From IMG/VR virus record IMGVR_UViG_3300014969_000015: a stretch of DNA of 20,000 bases; one strand, written 5' to 3'. The notes below the pieces were generated by a model that had not been told where the DNA came from, ran no database searches, and was given only the letters and a program-made list of their open reading frames with translations. Every line of letters starts with the position of its first letter. Positions within the stretch are counted from its first letter, which is position 1. Below, piece after piece: positions 16,050 through 20,000 of this stretch. The DNA is from an uncultured virus (IMG/VR IMGVR_UViG_3300014969_000015). Its lineage: Duplodnaviria; Heunggongvirae; Uroviricota; Caudoviricetes. The translations under genes and the position numbers were made by a program.

Positions 16050-16262
16050 ATGAGCAACCACACGAACCGCCGCCGGAAAAAGCAAAAACGCAGCGAAACA
16101 GGACCACGCTTCGAGAGCAAGAACCCAGGAGCCGGCAGCAACTCCACACACGTAGCAAGAAGTCGCAAGAAATGGAAGCGCCGAGCAGCGCGCTCTGAGC
16201 GTAGAACGGGACAGACTTTGCCAAAATACCGTGGCACGCCACGGCACCGTCCAGAAGAATGA
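16050..16262 (+). CDS. Small highly basic (Arg/Lys-rich) protein
   Basis: GGAG upstream, ATGA overlap with the next gene. Confidence 0.5.
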   Translation: MSNHTNRRRKKQKRSETGPRFESKNPGAGSNSTHVARSRKKWKRRAARSERRTGQTLPKYRGTPRHRPEE

Positions 16263-16480
16263 CGAACATGGGCGTCACTGTCTGGTCCTGCTCGCGAAAA
16301 AATCAAGAGTCTGTAGTACTCTGCGACGCCTGCAAGGTCCACGCGTACACAACAACATGCACACTCGCATTACGAGGGACAAAACTTGGACAGCTGTGCG
16401 CCCGTAAACTTTGTGCGCGCTGTGCCGTTATGGTTGAGGGGGTTCCTCGATGCCCAGCACATGGGAAATTACATCCATGA
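16259..16480 (+). CDS. Small Cys-rich Zn-finger (B-box-like spacing) protein
   Basis: CDAC...C...CARKLCARCA...CPAH. Confidence 0.65.
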   Translation: MTNMGVTVWSCSRKNQESVVLCDACKVHAYTTTCTLALRGTKLGQLCARKLCARCAVMVEGVPRCPAHGKLHP

Positions 16481-16591
16481 TGGTACTCCTTCAATTCATC
16501 TGGGTTGCCGCGCACCACGGCCTACGCAAGCAACGGCACGTTGAGCGCCAGCGTCCGCGATCGAAACACCGACCCTCACTCTGGTGCGGCC

Positions 16592-16939
16592 GTGAGCGAC
16601 CTGACCGCCAAGGAGCAGCGCTCCGTCCGCACCACGCTGTTGTTCCTGCGCGTGCGCGCCGGGGGTACGTGGGAGCCGGTCGCGAGGGCGCTGCACATCG
16701 AGGAGGACACGATCGCGAAGGTCGAGCACGGCCGGCGTCCGGTCACCGAGCGACTCGCGATCCGCGTGGCCCGACTGATCGAGGTCGGGGTCGACGACCT
16801 GCTCGCCGGGCGACACATGTCCTCGCGCGTGTGCCCGCACTACGGCCACCCGCCCGACGACTTCACCAACGAGGAAAACGTCGTCACGGCGCGGGCGTCG
16901 GCCGGTAGCCTCGCGGCGCTCGACGGAGGCGAGCGGTGA
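16592..16939 (+). CDS. XRE-family HTH regulator (start may extend to 16505)
   Basis: LRVRAGGTWEPVARALHIEEDTIAKVEHGRRPVTERLAIRVARLIEVGVDDLL is a Cro/cI-type HTH pattern. Confidence 0.8.
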   Translation: MSDLTAKEQRSVRTTLLFLRVRAGGTWEPVARALHIEEDTIAKVEHGRRPVTERLAIRVARLIEVGVDDLLAGRHMSSRVCPHYGHPPDDFTNEENVVTARASAGSLAALDGGER

Positions 16940-17079
16940 TCTCGCTCGGCGAGGACAACGGCGCGTGCCCGTGCCTGTGCTACCTCGACCCGACGTCGAG
17001 CACGTGCGGCGTGTGGGACAACAACGAGAGCGCCTGCGGTTGCGCCGTTGACAGGCTCCGAGGGCAGTTACCGAGCTGA
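16936..17079 (+). CDS. 47-aa Cys-rich peptide (MISLGEDNGACPCLCY...CGVW...CGC), below ORF-track cutoff
   Basis: GGAGG RBS and GTGA overlap with XRE stop; 6 Cys. Confidence 0.5.
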   Translation: MISLGEDNGACPCLCYLDPTSSTCGVWDNNESACGCAVDRLRGQLPS

Positions 17080-17145
17080 TTCGAGGTCGTGCCGTGCAGG
17101 TTGCACGGCGAGCCGAGGAGACGAGACGAACATGCAGGAGAATTC

Positions 17146-17718
17146 ATGACTCATATTAGTTGTCCAAAGTGTCACGCCGGATCCGGCGACGACTGGAACC
17201 AGTGCGAGGGCGTCTGCCCCATGCCCGGCTCCCCGCACTACTACCCCGCGGCTCTATTTCTCCGGCCCCCGCTGCAGAGGAGCGTTACGTGGACATGTCG
17301 ATCGGTCCGGCGAGGCGACTCCCTGATCTCGATCGACCTCGCCTGCGACGACGTGCTTGCAAGGGTCGACCTGCGTCGGGACGCAAACCACATCGCGGTG
17401 TCCTTTGAGGGAACCGACGCGCGGCGCGTGTGGGCTGTGTGCCTGCGCGCGGTCTCGGACGTGCTCGCCGTGACGACGGAATGCGCCGAGATCCCGGCGC
17501 AGATCCGATCGTGGCCGGTCGACCTCCGAGACCCCGTCGTTGGTCCGCTGACCTACACTGTCGGCGACGCGTGGTTGGAGCTCACTGGTTCCCATGCCTG
17601 GCTCATCCTCGCCGCGGCCTTCGGCGAAACCTATGCCAGGGTCGTCTCGCAGGCGATGCGGCCGAGCGTCGCCGCGGACACGAGCACACTAACTGAAAGG
17701 CTGATCAGTCATGGCTGA
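17146..17718 (+). CDS. Hypothetical protein with N-terminal CPKC...C...CP..H Zn module
   Basis: AGGAG RBS before ATG 17146; high GC3. Confidence 0.7.
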   Translation: MTHISCPKCHAGSGDDWNQCEGVCPMPGSPHYYPAALFLRPPLQRSVTWTCRSVRRGDSLISIDLACDDVLARVDLRRDANHIAVSFEGTDARRVWAVCLRAVSDVLAVTTECAEIPAQIRSWPVDLRDPVVGPLTYTVGDAWLELTGSHAWLILAAAFGETYARVVSQAMRPSVAADTSTLTERLISHG

Positions 17719-17896
17719 AACAACTGTCAACGGCAGTCTTCCCCTGATCAGGGTGAAGATGACTTCCCGCGGCGTGCCTGTGCGACGCCCTGCCGACGAG
17801 GAGCCTGATGATGGCTGGGAAGCTGCCCTGCAGTTCGCGTTACCGCTGTCAACGCTGCCGGGCAGGGACATCTTGGTGATGTCAACCTCAAAATAA
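17711..17896 (+). CDS. Small hypothetical protein
   Basis: Overlaps upstream stop; GAAAGG upstream. Confidence 0.45.
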   Translation: MAETTVNGSLPLIRVKMTSRGVPVRRPADEEPDDGWEAALQFALPLSTLPGRDILVMSTSK

Positions 17897-18187
17897 ACGG
17901 TGTTTCACAACTCAGCGACGTGCGAGGCAGCACATTTTCGGTCAGTGCCCCCGATGAATTTTTGAAGTTCGCCTCGCCGTTGACCTTGAGGGACCTCATT
18001 GTTGTCGTGGTCACGTACATCGGTCTCCACAAAAGAGGGTGCCCATTTTTCGGGTGTCTGGTCGGTACGGACGCGCTAACCGAAAGGCTTGAAACAACAA
18101 AGAGCTGTTGAAAAGGTCACGCGTCTTGATGACTAGGTAGGGCCCACTGCCGCTACATCAACCATAACCGACGGCATGCATTGACCT

Positions 18188-18203
18188 GGGTAGCTAGCTA
18201 CTC
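18188..18203. promoter_or_regulatory. Single GGGTA-gctagc-TACTC box
   Basis: Matches consensus, preceded by CCT as in E2/E3; followed by hairpin TCTGCAA (18214-18220) / TTGTAGA (18233-18239); upstream of the operon starting at 18325. Confidence 0.6.
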
Positions 18204-18324
18204 ATGTTCCAAGTCTGCAACACCCCGTATACTTGTAGAGCCAGATAGCAAGAGCGCCTTGATTTACAGATCGTATACTTACAGCACTACCAAACCCGGC
18301 ACACGATCTGCTCTACTACCAGTC

Positions 18325-18609
18325 ATGCGTTACACACCAGGTCCCCTGACCGAGAGCGCTTGGCAGGAGCTCTACGAAATCACGAGTCTGAAGGGTCGCA
18401 TCTGGAAGCGCAGTGAAATCGCCAAGCGTGCCATCGAAATGTTGAGGGTCTTATCCCCCACCATGCCGTCTCCTTCTCGCCGTGTCTCTGTCCTGATGGT
18501 ACTGGACGATCCAGCCTTCATGCGCCCCCGCCGCGGCATGGTGCCCGCGCGCGTGATCGAGGATGCCGCGATAGAAGCCATGCTCCGCATGCAAGGAGGC
18601 AAGCAGTGA
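18325..18609 (+). CDS. Hypothetical protein
   Basis: MRYTPGPLTESAWQEL...; first gene of a translationally coupled chain. Confidence 0.6.
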   Translation: MRYTPGPLTESAWQELYEITSLKGRIWKRSEIAKRAIEMLRVLSPTMPSPSRRVSVLMVLDDPAFMRPRRGMVPARVIEDAAIEAMLRMQGGKQ

Positions 18610-18785
18610 GCGTTACTTTGCGACGTGCCTTCGCCATCGTAGCCGCGCTCTTGACAGCCTACTTTCTCTTGCACGTCCTACGGTTCGTGCTGCTTACAGG
18701 AGAAGCACGGGGCATCTGCGCCGGTATCGTTGGCTACATGGTGGGAGATCAAATCGCTGCGCCGCGTCGACGGAATAAACGATGA
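18606..18785 (+). CDS. 59-aa membrane protein (not in ORF track)
   Basis: GGAGG RBS, GTGA/ATGA overlaps; MSVTLRRAFAIVAALLTAYFLLHVLRFVLLTGEARGICAGIVGYMVGDQIAAPRRRNKR. Confidence 0.6.
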   Translation: MSVTLRRAFAIVAALLTAYFLLHVLRFVLLTGEARGICAGIVGYMVGDQIAAPRRRNKR

Positions 18786-18958
18786 GGACTGAGCGCGGAC
18801 CGTGCATCCGTTGTAGACAAAAGACGGCCATCCGTGACGGAGAAGCCCCAGACGGTCGTCCCAGGTATCGCTGCCTCAATGGAAGCTGCGAGGACACCTG
18901 GACCAGGGGTCACTTCGGGGAGCTTTGGGATACTGTGAAGCGAGCAACATTTCCGTGA
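18782..18958 (+). CDS. 58-aa Zn-ribbon protein (not in ORF track)
   Basis: MRTERGPCIRCRQKTAIRDGEAPDGRPRYRCLNGSCEDTW...; ATGA/GTGA overlaps. Confidence 0.6.
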   Translation: MRTERGPCIRCRQKTAIRDGEAPDGRPRYRCLNGSCEDTWTRGHFGELWDTVKRATFP

Positions 18959-19203
18959 ACACCGACGTCAACAAGATCCATCACGCGCCGCCTGATAACG
19001 AGCCACCGGTAAGCAGCCAAGGAAAGAACTCGGCCGGTACAACCCCTGCGCTGCTCACAATCATCATAGCCGCCTTCATCGGCGCCGTCCTCGTTGGCAT
19101 GAGGGTCGGAGATCTGTGGGGAGCCCTGGTGCTAGACATCGGACCCATACTTGTGGTGCTTTTTGTCTTTGCAGCCGCGGGCAAACTCGGAGCCGGGAAA
19201 TGA
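18955..19203 (+). CDS. Small two-TM membrane protein
   Basis: GTGA/ATGA overlaps; hydrophobic segments ALLTIIIAAFIGAVLVGM and ALVLDIGPILVVLFVFAAA. Confidence 0.6.
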   Translation: MNTDVNKIHHAPPDNEPPVSSQGKNSAGTTPALLTIIIAAFIGAVLVGMRVGDLWGALVLDIGPILVVLFVFAAAGKLGAGK

Positions 19204-19487
19204 AAATTGAAAAAGTGACGCTGGGATGGCAACCGGACTATAGCTTCGGCACCTGGCATCCCTGCGGGCGCCGACTCCTTGGCCCCGTCCGCTTCGAGCA
19301 GCGCCTTGACGGCTCGCCCACGGGCCTGTTTTTCATGGTGAGTCGACCGCGCTACTGGACGATACGCGCCCTCGCAGCCACGTGCAGGATATCAGTCGTC
19401 GGGTGCGTGGCGCGGCACCTGCTGCAAAAAATGCGAGTCCTTTACCAATGGACATGGCTGCACAACGGCCCGCGAGGAGAAAGCTAA
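19200..19487 (+). CDS. Hypothetical protein
   Basis: ATGA overlap at start, TAATG overlap at end. Confidence 0.55.
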   Translation: MKIEKVTLGWQPDYSFGTWHPCGRRLLGPVRFEQRLDGSPTGLFFMVSRPRYWTIRALAATCRISVVGCVARHLLQKMRVLYQWTWLHNGPRGES

Positions 19488-20000
19488 TGGCAAAAGCAAG
19501 GGTACAAAAGAGTGCAAAGACGACCTTCGGCAAAAGCAATGAGAACGATCCGCTCGTTCGAATTGAAATTCGTGCCGCAGCACTGGTCGCCGGAGCACGG
19601 AGTCGTAAAATGGAGCGCTATGGCATGACCGTGCATGGCATCGACTGCGAAGGGATTCGCGACGAGGAGCCCGTGTACCCGGCCCGTGACCGCGCTGACA
19701 TCGATGCTGGCTGGCTATGCAGCGAAATTCGTGAGCATTCGGATAGTCAGGTCGCGATCGACGCGCAGTTGCCGACCGACACCTCCATCGAAGACGCGGC
19801 TCCCCTCAAGGAGGACCAGGCATCATCCATCGACAGCGCCCCGCCCCTCGATGAGGCTGCGGCGCCCATCGCCAGTGACACGCCCCTCGACGAGGAGGCG
19901 GCACCCCTCGACAGCGCTCCGTCCCTCGATGAGGCGGCGGCACCCCTCGACAGCGCCCCATCCCTCGATGAGGCGGCGGCACCCCTCAACAGCGCCACGC
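19487..20000 (+). CDS. 3'-truncated ORF (MAKARVQKSAKTTFGK...) with acidic 13-aa tandem repeats
   Basis: GAGGAG RBS at 19474-19479; frame open to the window end; absent from ORF track because there is no stop. Confidence 0.75.
   Translation, partial: MAKARVQKSAKTTFGKSNENDPLVRIEIRAAALVAGARSRKMERYGMTVHGIDCEGIRDEEPVYPARDRADIDAGWLCSEIREHSDSQVAIDAQLPTDTSIEDAAPLKEDQASSIDSAPPLDEAAAPIASDTPLDEEAAPLDSAPSLDEAAAPLDSAPSLDEAAAPLNSAT
19829..20000 (+). repeat. 39-bp coding tandem repeat, at least 4.4 units (LDSAPSLDEAAAP)
   Basis: Units start at 19829, 19868, 19907, 19946, 19985. Confidence 0.9.

Larger units (their letters stand above)
1..20000. mobile_element. Phage/prophage- or plasmid-like early/accessory region; no boundaries in window
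   Basis: Dense short co-oriented hypothetical ORFs with ATGA/GTGA overlaps; Ead/Ea22-like, ASCH, orphan ParB, XRE and LuxR HTH genes; no housekeeping operons. No integrase, terminase or capsid gene seen, so the element type is inferred. Confidence 0.7.

Noticed and set aside
18782..18958. IS1 InsA-like transposase fragment
   Set aside because: Only the Zn-ribbon pattern; no HTH, InsB or terminal inverted repeats
19829..20000. 39-bp repeats as a CRISPR array
   Set aside because: No unique spacers; units are contiguous, in frame and vary mostly at codon level; no cas genes

Overview
High-GC window (roughly 60% by eye) that reads as the early/accessory region of a large phage, prophage or plasmid-like element. 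It has about 45 short, mostly + strand ORFs chained by ATGA/GTGA overlaps and no structural, rRNA, tRNA or CRISPR features. A Myxococcota-like host is an inference from protein style only. Recognisable genes: a ParB/Spo0J-like protein, a solo LuxR-HTH, a full-length RuvB, a Lys-rich winged-helix nucleoid-type protein, an RHH protein, ASCH, Ead/Ea22-like, XRE-HTH and DUF5678-like proteins. Two signals stand out. (1) ruvB has no normal ruvA or ruvC in the window; 750 bp upstream is a protein built as N-terminal transmembrane helix + Pro/Ala linker + RuvA C-terminal (RuvB-binding) domain, suggesting a membrane-tethered RuvB motor. (2) A 16-bp palindrome GGGTR-N6-YACYC occurs 10 times, always intergenic. 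Eight copies form pairs spaced 54, 54, 54 and 61 bp around a covarying hairpin, placed upstream of the first operon, parB, the TM-RuvA_C gene and ruvB. Two clear and two possible frameshifts and several local repeats are also visible.
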